Positions 10,314 through 20,073 are shown, numbered from the stretch's first letter. The stretch is 64,000 nucleotides of DNA from Nitrososphaeria archaeon (GCA_963752255.1 CAVVXT010000019.1:544635-608634), one strand, 5' to 3'. Notes: generated from the letters alone by a model not told the origin. Program-made: numbers and translations.

Positions 10314-11519
10314 ATGGCGGCGCAGATGTGGACAGAAAAATATAGGAACATAAAATTTAACCAGATCATCGGTAATGAGAAAGCAAAAGAGTCCTTCTAC
10401 AACTGGCTAAAGAACTGGAAGAGAGGAGACAAAGCTGTGCTCTTGGTAGGCCAAGCAGGTACCGGAAAAAATACATCAGTATATGCAGCAGCTCGTGAAC
10501 TCAAATATCATATCATAGAACTTAACGCCAGTGACATAAGAACGAAAGAGAATCTCACTAAGAAGCTTGGAAACTCTCTCTACACCTCAGATCTCTTTGA
10601 TGAAAAGAGAATGGTCCTACTTGATGAAGTAGACGGAATATATGGAAGAGAAGACTACGGGGGAACAGAATACGTAAACCAGCTATTGGAAAAACCGCCT
10701 GTTCCGATAGTGTTAACAGCGAACGACATCCTAAATGGGAGTGTTATAAAACTCTCTAAAAAAACCAACATGATATCCTTTCAGAAAGTGCCGTTGAGAA
10801 TGATTGCCATGTACTTAAAACATATTGCTAACCTAGAAAAAATTAGCGTCAGCGACAAATTGCTCAGCAAGGTCGCAACAAAGAGCGGTGGGGATGTTAG
10901 AGCAGCCATAAATCTCCTCCAGAGTGTGATAAAGGTACCAGATACGATAGAACAGATGAAAATATTAAAGGATGCAATTATCTCAAGACAGGATGCAGCA
11001 CTCGCATTATTCCAAGAGAAGACATTTGAGGAAGCGTATAACAAGTTCTCAAAAATAGATGCTGACGCCAGAGAAAAACTACAAATCTTATTCTATTCGA
11101 TCTTGGCGTCTTACCTCGAAAAAGGACAGAGGAAAGCTGGGTTGAAGGCAATAGCAGACATAGACGTGTTTGAGAGAAGATTAGAGAGCACGCAAGAGTG
11201 GCGGATGCTAAGATGGTATGATAGAATTATAGTTGGACGATTTCGTACATTAGATGTTGGACAAGGATTCAGATATTCTGAGCAAGAGCCTATCTGGGAT
11301 CTGAAACTAAAGTATTGGACGGAATTAAGAGTGTTTAAAGGTATGAAGGAGAGAATTAATCAGAAGTATCACATCTCTGAGGGAGAGTTTTCACTGTATT
11401 ATTTACCATGCCTAATCAGTTTAGCTAGAAAAGATAAAGGAACGGTTCTAAGCTATCTAGAGCGCATGGGCTTTGATGACAGTATAATTTCATTTTTCGA
11501 GAAAAAGGTGAAGAGCTGA
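10314..11519 (+). CDS. rfcL: Replication factor C large subunit
   Basis: WTEKYR, Walker A GQAGTGK, IELNASD, LLDEVDG, GDVRAAIN. Confidence 0.9.
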   Translation: MAAQMWTEKYRNIKFNQIIGNEKAKESFYNWLKNWKRGDKAVLLVGQAGTGKNTSVYAAARELKYHIIELNASDIRTKENLTKKLGNSLYTSDLFDEKRMVLLDEVDGIYGREDYGGTEYVNQLLEKPPVPIVLTANDILNGSVIKLSKKTNMISFQKVPLRMIAMYLKHIANLEKISVSDKLLSKVATKSGGDVRAAINLLQSVIKVPDTIEQMKILKDAIISRQDAALALFQEKTFEEAYNKFSKIDADAREKLQILFYSILASYLEKGQRKAGLKAIADIDVFERRLESTQEWRMLRWYDRIIVGRFRTLDVGQGFRYSEQEPIWDLKLKYWTELRVFKGMKERINQKYHISEGEFSLYYLPCLISLARKDKGTVLSYLERMGFDDSIISFFEKKVKS

Positions 11520-11851
11520 TGGAAATACTTGAAGGAGAATGGTTTAAACTTCCATATGTTGGCACGGACGATTTTAAAACATTAATGTCCTTGGGCTTAA
11601 AATATGATAAATCAAAGGGAATGCTGATTGATGATGGAACTAACAAGAAACTCCTTGTAACTTTTTTGACAGAAGTTTTAAAAGAGGATGTCATTATATA
11701 CAAGAAATGTGCCATTTGTTTGAAAGAAGTAGATTGCCGAACTTGTGAATATAATCATAAATGCGATTATTATAACTCATCCACACTATGTCTCTGCAAA
11801 GATTGTTTAAAAAGCGAAGAAAATTATGCTAGCTATATTATAAGCGCTTAA
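11519..11851 (+). CDS. Hypothetical Cys-rich (metal-binding) protein
   Basis: 8 Cys in the C-terminal half; coupled to the rfcL stop. Confidence 0.65.
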   Translation: MEILEGEWFKLPYVGTDDFKTLMSLGLKYDKSKGMLIDDGTNKKLLVTFLTEVLKEDVIIYKKCAICLKEVDCRTCEYNHKCDYYNSSTLCLCKDCLKSEENYASYIISA

Positions 11852-11853
11852 TA

Positions 11854-12768
11854 TCAAGCTGTACAGAATGGTTTCCTTATCATAACTGCTTGAAGAAACG
11901 CATATCTTAATCCATCATAGTCTTTAGAGTCCAGATACTTTTTGGCGTCAATCTGATTATTTGAAAGCATCAAACAAGGTTTGAAAGAGCCATCGTACGT
12001 CACCCTAAGGCGATTGCAATGCGAACAAAACTCAGTGTTTTCAATTGGATGAACCACTTCAACCTTTGCTGAATCAAGTTCAAATATCTTCCTCTTATGC
12101 ATGTCATCTCTAAAATATACAGCCTTTGCCATATTAGCCAATCTTTCCTCTAAAACATTAATCGGCTCATGGTATTTGGAATAAAACTTCGACGATATTC
12201 TCACCGGTTCAAGTTCGATAATCTGCAATAATGTACCAGATTTTACAGAATATGATATCATAGAATCGATTTCATGTTCGTTAATGCCTTTCAGCAGCAC
12301 CATATTTATTTTAATTGGATCAAGACCTACTTTCGAAGCCTCACTTATACCATCAAGAACAGGTTTTAAACTTCCTCCAGTTATTTCTTTATAATTTTTT
12401 TCATTCAAGGTGGGAAGGCTAACGTTAACTCTCTTCAGCCCTGCAGACTTCAGTTTCAAAGCGTACTTTTTTAAAAGCTGACCGTTTGTCACCATCGATA
12501 ACTCTGAAAAGGCTTCAATGTCTCGAAGAGATTTCACAATTTCTATTATATCATTCCTTAAGAGAGGTTCCCCGCCTGTCAACTTTATCGTCTTTACACC
12601 GTATGAAGCGGCCAACCTAGCTATCATAATGACATCGTCGATTGACATTTCTTCATTTTCTTTGTTCATAACCCCTTCGGAATGGCAATAGAAACAATCC
12701 TGATTACATTTTGAGGTAACCGAAATTCTCAGATTATAAACTGGACGGTTGTACAAATCCAACAACAT
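11854..12768 (-). CDS. moaA: GTP 3',8-cyclase MoaA
   Basis: LRISVTSKCNQDCFYC radical SAM motif, FCSHCNRLR second cluster. Confidence 0.95.
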   Translation of the reverse strand: MLLDLYNRPVYNLRISVTSKCNQDCFYCHSEGVMNKENEEMSIDDVIMIARLAASYGVKTIKLTGGEPLLRNDIIEIVKSLRDIEAFSELSMVTNGQLLKKYALKLKSAGLKRVNVSLPTLNEKNYKEITGGSLKPVLDGISEASKVGLDPIKINMVLLKGINEHEIDSMISYSVKSGTLLQIIELEPVRISSKFYSKYHEPINVLEERLANMAKAVYFRDDMHKRKIFELDSAKVEVVHPIENTEFCSHCNRLRVTYDGSFKPCLMLSNNQIDAKKYLDSKDYDGLRYAFLQAVMIRKPFCTA

Positions 12769-12770
12769 AT

Positions 12771-13295
12771 TTATTCACGAGCATGTTTCACTATATGTGG
12801 TAATTCGTCGACCATTATGTCCAGAGCTGTGTCGACTGCATCAGGCGAACCTGGCATACAAAAGACGATAGAAGAGGCGATTATTCCCGCTTTTGCCCTA
12901 GAAATTAGGGCCGCACCCTTAGCCTTTAAGAAAGTTTGCGCTCTAAATATTTCTCCAAATCCGGGAAGCTCCTTATCAAAAAGAGATGACAAAGCTTCAA
13001 CAGTCACATCTGATGATGTTACACCTGTCCCACCAGTTAGAACAACCACGCTACAGCCCTCCTCGTAAATTGACCTCAAGGTCTCCTTTCTAATCATGCC
13101 AATATCGTCTGATACTATCTTCCTAGACGCGACGATATACCCATTTTTCATCAACTTCTCGGCAATTTTCAGACCGGACACATCGTCTAACTTGTGGCCT
13201 TTAGAAGCTTCAATATACCTCGAAGTACTAACAGTCACTACGGAACATCGTATTTTAGAGGGAGCAGAAGCCCTATGAATTTCATAACTCTTCAT
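12771..13295 (-). CDS. moaB: Molybdenum cofactor biosynthesis protein MoaB/MogA
   Basis: TGGTG, DVTVEA, PGFGEIFR, MPGSP. Confidence 0.9.
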   Translation of the reverse strand: MKSYEIHRASAPSKIRCSVVTVSTSRYIEASKGHKLDDVSGLKIAEKLMKNGYIVASRKIVSDDIGMIRKETLRSIYEEGCSVVVLTGGTGVTSSDVTVEALSSLFDKELPGFGEIFRAQTFLKAKGAALISRAKAGIIASSIVFCMPGSPDAVDTALDIMVDELPHIVKHARE

Positions 13296-13726
13296 TAACC
13301 CTTCACTTTACTAACTACGCGAACATCCTTTATGAAGGTGAATGGATAATTTCCAGAGTCATCTTTTTCATACTTTTTGACGACGTCCCAAATGTTCAAA
13401 AGAGCGTTTAAGACACCTGAAAGAGCCTCCATCTCAACACCTGTCTTGGAAGTCGATTTCACCTTAACCCTGACAGTGATAGAGAAATTTTCTACAACAA
13501 AGCTAACCTTAATATCTTCCAGTAAAATAAAATGACAAAAAGGTACGAGTTCGGGAGTTCTTTTGACAGCATTGGTAGCAGAGACCGAGGATATCTGTAG
13601 GGGGTCACCTTTTTCTATCTTCTTCTCTCTGATCAAATTTATTGTTTCAGGCTTTAAAATTATTTTACCTTCAGCGATAGCTTCCCTTTTGACCTCTTTC
13701 TTTTCAGAGATATCGACCATCCCCAA
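13295..13726 (-). CDS. moaC: Cyclic pyranopterin monophosphate synthase MoaC
   Basis: MVDISEK, PFCH, KTGVEMEAL. Confidence 0.95.
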   Translation of the reverse strand: MGMVDISEKKEVKREAIAEGKIILKPETINLIREKKIEKGDPLQISSVSATNAVKRTPELVPFCHFILLEDIKVSFVVENFSITVRVKVKSTSKTGVEMEALSGVLNALLNIWDVVKKYEKDDSGNYPFTFIKDVRVVSKVKG

Positions 13727-13883
13727 GATGTATCACCTATTCATAGAAACCGAAGTGACGGGTATAAAAAGAAAACGTTGTATAGAGACGATTTAGTTAA
13801 ACTGTTTTTTATAGCCCTTACAAACGTTAAACCATATCTATAATCTTCTTACTACTTAAAGAAAGGAAGTGGAAGAGAAGAAT

Positions 13884-13919
13884 AAGCAGGATAGACAGGA
13901 TAAGCAGGAAATACAGGAA
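13884..13919 (+). repeat. Four imperfect 9-bp tandem repeats
   Basis: aagcaggat-agacaggat-aagcaggaa-atacaggaa. Confidence 0.7.
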
Positions 13920-14081
13920 GATAGCGACCCATCAAATTATATAAAGCGTCTCCGATGTTAGGGCGTGTGACTAGTTCTAGATAGCTCGCTCAGAAGAACT
14001 TTAAATTGTGTACACCACTAATTATTATATATAAGTTAATATGATTGGATATGGCTCTATAGTTAATAACGGCGTATCAAG

Positions 14082-14552
14082 ATGAAAAGAATTCCTGAAC
14101 TACAAAAAGTGAAAGTTTTGGAATTAATAACTGTCTTGGCTGCCTTGTCGGGTATAATTCTCACTCTAATTCACGGTAATCTCTACGACTACTTCTTTAA
14201 TCTGTTCTCGATTCCAGGGATAATGAATTTTAGGCTTCTTTATGTTAGTTTGCTTATGTATAGCGCTTTAGCCCTCGTGATTTTCTCTTCTTTATTCTTT
14301 TTTCGTGAAAAGAATTCTATGATAAGACTTTATAGTTATTTTCAGGGGTGGCTTTTTTTAACAATGGCTGCATCCAGCTATGAACTGATTGATGGGATGA
14401 TGAATTGGTATACAAAGACTATTCTTAACCAGCAGTTTTCTGAATTTCCTTATACCTTTTATACAAAAAGTGTAAGCGTTATTTTTTTTGGCGCTTTGTT
14501 TGGTTTCTGGCTACTAGAGAAAGATAAGAAAAGATTGGAACTTGAGGTGTAG
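14082..14552 (+). CDS. Hypothetical membrane protein
   Basis: 156 aa with about 4 hydrophobic segments. Confidence 0.6.
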   Translation: MKRIPELQKVKVLELITVLAALSGIILTLIHGNLYDYFFNLFSIPGIMNFRLLYVSLLMYSALALVIFSSLFFFREKNSMIRLYSYFQGWLFLTMAASSYELIDGMMNWYTKTILNQQFSEFPYTFYTKSVSVIFFGALFGFWLLEKDKKRLELEV

Positions 14553-14629
14553 TGTTTCTTGTTAACCATTGCTGCGCTACTTAACTTCCAGATAATATGT
14601 AACTGAATATGTATCTCTTATAGCAACTA

Positions 14630-15075
14630 CTATACTATTGCCGTTTTGCCTTCCCTCGTTTCCCATTTTATGATTATAATGCCTATGGGCAAAACCGCCA
14701 CAATTCCAAGAAAAATTGGAAGGGAATTAGTGAATATCATCCCAAGGTTTGTCCGTATCTTACTCCAATATAGACCAATCCATACAGCGAGGAAACCGAG
14801 TCCTACGATGAACAAGGGTTTCTTCAGCAAGTCCCGATGTTGCAGCATTTTCTGAGGCAGTATTCTGAGAGGTTTGTCCTTATCCCTGTCCTTTCTATCG
14901 AGTTCGCCAGCCCAATAGACGAAAACAAAGAACAAATATCCAGTTACATATGGAAGGTAGAACTGTAGGTTTTTAAGAACAGAGACATGTGGGAGAAGTT
15001 AGGTGCTACATAAACACGAACAAAAAATAGAAATCCTATGGCAATACCAAATGCCAAATACGTCGTTAATTCCAA
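14630..15075 (-). CDS. Hypothetical membrane protein, apparently frameshifted near 14995
   Basis: ORF 14630-14935 is preceded in another frame by a hydrophobic segment MELTTYLAFGIAIGFLFF from TTG at 15075. Confidence 0.4.
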
Positions 15076-15198
15076 AATCAGTCGAGTTTATTATTCGTAT
15101 GTAATCATATATAAATCTCAAAGAAGAGCTGAAGTAAGTGGGGTTTGAACCAATTTCCGTAAGTCCTCTTTTCCATTAGTTTAATTTCTAAAGGAAAA

Positions 15199-15272
15199 TG
15201 CGGCGTCCGGGATTTGAACCCGGGCTGTCCAGCTTGGGAGGCTGGCATCTTTGGCCACTGGATCAACGCCGC
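15199..15272 (-). tRNA. tRNA-Gly(CCC)
   Basis: GCGGCGT/ACGCCGC acceptor, CCAGC-CTCCCAA-GCTGG anticodon arm, TTCAAAT T loop. Confidence 0.95.
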
Positions 15273-15283
15273 ATGTTATTTTT

Positions 15284-15613
15284 TTACTCAGGTAGCTTAA
15301 ATATCATTCTTTCTTTTTCGAAAGTCATTTCGTAGGTATCGTTCACATTCATCGGAACTTGGAGCTGATCAAATTCATTTTCGGTAAGAAAGAGGATGAC
15401 TTTAGGGTATGTAATCTCCTTTGGCATGGGAGGAAAGATCCCCATAGACTGTATCTGTGATATTATTGATTGAGTAACACGAGTTGTATCATCACCATAT
15501 TGCTGGCCCATAACCGGTTGTCTTTTTACTTCAACTAGCTCTATCTGTTTTCCTTGAGCTCCTGTATCAGGGGCATTGTAGCTAGTTATTCTGAATACTT
15601 TAACTAATACCAT
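15284..15613 (-). CDS. Arcadin-1-like protein
   Basis: Pattern IELVE...PKVILFLTENE...MNVNDTYEMTFE resembles Pyrobaculum arcadin-1 as recalled; similar length. Confidence 0.6.
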   Translation of the reverse strand: MVLVKVFRITSYNAPDTGAQGKQIELVEVKRQPVMGQQYGDDTTRVTQSIISQIQSMGIFPPMPKEITYPKVILFLTENEFDQLQVPMNVNDTYEMTFEKERMIFKLPE

Positions 15614-15686
15614 GCTTTTGCACCATCACCACTATATTTACCCAGAAATAAAAATTAATCTTCTACCATTTAATACCCCCCGTTGA

Positions 15687-16658
15687 TTGAAAATACTAGT
15701 CAAGCCACTATGCGCTGAAAGCCTAGGAGTCAGGTCTACCTCAACATATGTAGAAACACCTGATATCAAAGTTCTAATAGATGCGGGTGCAGCTCTAGGT
15801 CCAAGGAATGGTTTACTCCCCCATACATTAGAATATAAGGCTCTAGGAGAGGCTAAGAAAAAGATAGCTTATTACGCAGCAAAAAGTGATGTGGTAGTCA
15901 TTTCCCATTATCATTATGATCATTTCTCACCGTTTTTCAGCACTTTGGACACTAAGTGGACCTGGTGCGACAAGAAAGTGGCAGAGGAAGTGTATTCAAA
16001 CAAAATAGTATACATCAAGGATTTTAAGTCCTCCATCAATTATAGTCAGAAAGGAAGGGGATGGATCTTCTCTAAATTACTCAAAAATGTTGCCAAAATT
16101 GTTTACATAGCAGATGGCAGGAGTTTTTACTATGGAGGAACTACGATCCAATTCAGTGAACCACTGTATCATGGAGAAGAGGGCAGCAAACTAGGATATG
16201 TTCTAGCAACAATATTCAGAAGTAGAGACTTAACTTTTATACACGCATCAGACGTCCAAGGTCCAATATCGAATAAAACGCTTGACTTTATTTTAAAGGA
16301 GAAACCCGATGTCTTAATTATAGGGGGACCACCAACTTACCTAAGCAACGTAAATGAAGAAAATATTGAGCAGGCGAAAAGAAATCTCAGTAGACTTGTA
16401 GAAGGGACGAAGCTGATGATACTTGACCATCACCTCCTAAGAGACCTTAGAACATTAGACTTTGTAAGAGAATTAAACAGGAAGGCTAAAAAATTTGGAA
16501 ACAGAGTGCAAACCTTTGCGGAATATCAAGATAAGCCAAACCTACTGCTGGAGGCAAAGCGTGAAGAACTTTATCAAAATGAAAGACCAAGCGAAGAATT
16601 TATGAGATGGACTAAACTTCCTTTGGAGGCTCAGAAGGCGACTCTTCCTCCTGTTTAG
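15687..16658 (+). CDS. MBL-fold metallo-hydrolase (UPF0282)
   Basis: ESLGVRS, ISHYHYDH, HASDVQGP, LDHHLLRD. Confidence 0.85.
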   Translation: MKILVKPLCAESLGVRSTSTYVETPDIKVLIDAGAALGPRNGLLPHTLEYKALGEAKKKIAYYAAKSDVVVISHYHYDHFSPFFSTLDTKWTWCDKKVAEEVYSNKIVYIKDFKSSINYSQKGRGWIFSKLLKNVAKIVYIADGRSFYYGGTTIQFSEPLYHGEEGSKLGYVLATIFRSRDLTFIHASDVQGPISNKTLDFILKEKPDVLIIGGPPTYLSNVNEENIEQAKRNLSRLVEGTKLMILDHHLLRDLRTLDFVRELNRKAKKFGNRVQTFAEYQDKPNLLLEAKREELYQNERPSEEFMRWTKLPLEAQKATLPPV

Positions 16659-17031
16659 AGACAATAGTCCTTACCTGATCAACTGATAAAATCCCAGATT
16701 CTACCAAGTTGGCCAAGGAATTCGTGGAAGCCTTACCAATCAGTTTCCCCATCCTTCCCCTTATCTGCCTCCACTTCAACTTAGTATTACCACTTTTTGA
16801 TACGTATATGATTCCTAAAATATCTTTGGCGTCAACGAATGTGATATCTTGAATTTTTGTTAAGGTCACTTTATCAACAGCTTCGATGTATATCGATCCT
16901 GGGCCGTTCTCTTTTTCGGGAAAGACTTCTGGATCTTTAAGATAACTAATAGGCATGAAAGAGCGACATGTGCTATCTATGAGAAAATACCTTACTTTAT
17001 CCAAATGTACAGTCAGATTTATTTCTACCAT
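16612..17031 (-). CDS. Hypothetical protein
   Basis: 139 aa ORF with normal composition; function not recognised. Confidence 0.65.
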   Translation of the reverse strand: MVEINLTVHLDKVRYFLIDSTCRSFMPISYLKDPEVFPEKENGPGSIYIEAVDKVTLTKIQDITFVDAKDILGIIYVSKSGNTKLKWRQIRGRMGKLIGKASTNSLANLVESGILSVDQVRTIVSKQEEESPSEPPKEV

Positions 17032-17095
17032 ATCATCGCCTGTCTGCTTGGTTCCAAGACAAACGTCTATAAATTAGCTATTAAATATATTTTTG

Positions 17096-17157
17096 TAGGG
17101 CGATGAGGAAAAACGGCATCGATCATTCATGAGATAGATCTTGAGTGCTGAGCCCTA
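17096..17157 (+). ncRNA. C/D box guide sRNA (predicted target C34 of tRNA-Leu CAA)
   Basis: Terminal stem TAGGGC/GCCCTA, C box GATGA, D' TCGA, C' TCATGA, D box CTGA; TATAAA about 25 nt upstream. Confidence 0.8.
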
Positions 17158-17192
17158 ACATATGAGAAAACATGGGAAAAGGGTATGGATGA

Positions 17193-19416
17193 TCATTCTT
17201 TGTCGATGAACTCATCCGGTGTAGGTGGCGTTTCGCTTAGACCCTTCCTCTTCCTTATTGATACGATTAACTGCGGCAATAGACTTTGGGGAACTATATT
17301 CCATTCTTTGAAATGAGTATTCCACATAGCTTTCCCTGCCGTAGCTCCCCTCATAGCTTCACTAAGATCGAATGTTTCAGATGCAGGAATTACGCCCTCG
17401 ATTATCGTCAGAATACCCTTTTGTTGGACGTCAAGCATTCTTCCTCTTCTACCTGAAATAACACCTGCGATAGCACCTATAAGATCGCTGCTTCCTTTGA
17501 CTTCGATACCTAATATCGGTTCGAGAAGCGTTGGATTCGCTAGAAGCATTGCACCCAATATTGCACCTCTAGAAGCCGGTAGAAGCTGTGCATATGTTCT
17601 ATGTGCTGAATCCTCGTGAAATTCTGCGTGATGAAGTATAACTTTAATGCCTCTACACGCTTCCTGCGCTAAAGGACCATTCTCCATCACATCCGAAAAG
17701 CCAACCTTTATCGAATCTATTGACTCTTGCATGAATTGCACACCCTTAGTTGCGTCAACGAATAAGTTTCCTTTGTTATCAACTGAAACAACATTCCTCG
17801 CTTCATCTGCGTCCCAGCCGTGCTCTCTTAATATTTTGGCCACCGTCTTTTTATCAAGTTGTTCGTTAATTGTATTATTCCTGATTAATTCAATTATTTC
17901 GGGGGTAAGGGGTTCTACTTTCATGAAGATGCGGTTATGTTTATTAGGTGATTTGGACATGATTGGACCTGCTGAACTTCTGATTGTCTCACGATAGTTA
18001 ATCAAAGGTTCAGTCGTCACAATTTCGAGTCCTGCCTGTTGTATGAGAGTGGTTGCGATTTCAAGATGTAATACACCCATACCGGCCATCAGCATTTCTC
18101 CTGTTTCTTCATTGATCTTGACGACGAGGTTTGGGTCTTCGATAGAGATTCTTCTTAGGGTATCAATCAATTTAGGTAGATCACGCGGAAACTTTGGCTC
18201 AACAGCAATTGTGACAACAGGTTCGGAAACGTATTTTATCACCTCAAATGGTGTTACATCTTTGACTGAGGAAACCGTTTCTCCTGACCTGGCGGCGTCC
18301 AGTCCTAGCAGAGCAGGTATATTACCACAACCCATGAAACCTACGAGTTCTCTAAAAGGACCCATGAACATGTTAACCGATTGTATCCTCGCTTGAGTCT
18401 TAGCGTCGTGCAGGTATACTACATCACCATCATGAACTGTTCCAGAGAACAGCCTTCCAACGGCGACGACTCCGGCTTGAGGGTCAACTACAACGTTTGT
18501 AACCATCATTACGACTGGACCCTTTTCATCACAGTTAACCAACGATTGACCGATTTCAGAATTCGGGTCACCCTTCCATATTTTTGGAATACGATATCGT
18601 TGAGCGACGTGTGGAGGTGGGTGATGTTTAATAACCATTGAAAGAATGGCTTCGTGCAACGGAAAATTTTCCGAGAGAGTTTTCATGTCACCTTCTTCAT
18701 AAGCCTTGTAGATATCGCTGAATTTTACACTTTTCTTCTGAGTGGTCGTAAAGTTGAAGCCCCATCTGTCTTTTGCTGAACCAAAAGCGACGCTGCTATC
18801 TTGTATGCTAACCTTCCACTTATCTTTATATTCGGGCTCAGCATAAATATCAATCAGATTATTAAAATCGTTAACAATGTCCCCAAGCCAAGCCTGCATC
18901 TTTTCAGGTGAAAGCTTAAGTTCCTTGATTAACCGATCAATCTTATTAATATAAAGTACAGGACGAACCCTCTCTTCTAAAGCCTGCCTAGTAACGGTTT
19001 CAGTCTGCGTCATCACACCTTCAACTGCATCTGAAACTACAACAACACCATCGATCGCGCGCAAACTTCTCGTAACTCTACCGGTAAAGTCGATGTGACC
19101 AGGTGTATCAATAAGGTTAATAACATATGGAACGTTGTCTTGCTCATAGTAAAGTGTGACGTTTGCTGCTTTGATGGTCATCTGCCTTTGCTGTTCCAAG
19201 TCCATATAATCCAGAGCTAGCGCTTGCCCAGCGAGGGAAGGATTGAGCATACCGCATGCGGCGAGGAGGCTATCGCTCATCGTCGTTTTACCGTGGTCTA
19301 CGTGAGCAACAACGCCCAGATAATTCGGGCTAGAATTGTTATTTCTAGGCCTTTCGAATCTGGTCTTTGTTGCCTATAATCTTTAATGCTTCCGTTGTAG
19401 ACTTATATCTTGGCAT
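17193..19416 (-). CDS. fusA: Elongation factor EF-2, two exons (19416-19353 and 19321-17193), 730 aa when spliced
   Basis: MPRYKSTTEALKIIGNKDQIR in exon 1; N-LGVVAHVDHGKTT, DTPGH, NKID and the diphthamide loop HEDSAHR in exon 2. Confidence 0.95.
19322..19352 (-). other. 31-nt bulge-helix-bulge intron in EF-2 mRNA
   Basis: CCAGA-TTCG-AA^A-GGC...GCC-CGAA-TT^A-TCTGG; excision gives CGA AAT CTG GGC (R-N-L-G) in frame. Confidence 0.88.
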
Positions 19417-19470
19417 AGTAAATCATACACTAAACCACTAAACAGATACTTTTAAAAGATTTTGGTAAAT

Positions 19471-20073
19471 CTATTCGATGTTGGCATGTCTCCTACGCAT
19501 CTCTGCCTCTTCAACATTAAGTTGCTCCATCAATGATGCTACGACAGAATCCAGAAGCAACATCGCGCTATCCTCAAAGACAGTGCCGAGAGGGGCTAGA
19601 GGTTCATGCAAACCTAATATCTGCCTTGCAAAATAGTCTTTTGTAGACACTTCTATTCGACCTCTAAGAAGTACCGTATGAGTTGATAGTTTAGCAAGTG
19701 ATGAAGAAGGATAAGACGTTAAGGATACAATTCTAGCGCCAACTTGTTGAGCTGCTTGGGCGGCTGCGACAATCAGTTTTGTTGAACCAGAGCCAGATAT
19801 AGCAATAACTAAGTCGTCCTTGTCTATTGAAGGCACGATTGTATCTCCAAGGACGAATGCATTAAAGCCTAGGTGAAGTAAACGCATTGCGAAGGCCCGT
19901 CCGACAAGTCCACTTCTTCCTGCACCCATTATGAGGACTTTGTTACTTTTATGGGATTTAAGAATTTCGATGAACTGTTCAACTTCTTTTTCTTCGAGTT
20001 GGGATAGATTTTCCTTGATGACATCTAAGAGAATAATAGCTTTGTCTTTGACCTTTGTGCTATTATTGCTCAT
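19471..20073 (-). CDS. hxlB: 6-phospho-3-hexuloisomerase
   Basis: GAGRSGLVGRAFAMRL, ISGSGST, APLGTVFE, HANIE. Confidence 0.92.
   Translation of the reverse strand: MSNNSTKVKDKAIILLDVIKENLSQLEEKEVEQFIEILKSHKSNKVLIMGAGRSGLVGRAFAMRLLHLGFNAFVLGDTIVPSIDKDDLVIAISGSGSTKLIVAAAQAAQQVGARIVSLTSYPSSSLAKLSTHTVLLRGRIEVSTKDYFARQILGLHEPLAPLGTVFEDSAMLLLDSVVASLMEQLNVEEAEMRRRHANIE

Noticed and set aside
10440-10480. RFC-L Walker A variant GTGKNT
   Set aside because: Single substitution with all other motifs intact; not enough to claim altered function
15125-15165. tRNA-like fragment GGTTCAAACCCCAC on the minus strand
   Set aside because: Only a T-loop-like word; the stem does not pair and there is no acceptor strand
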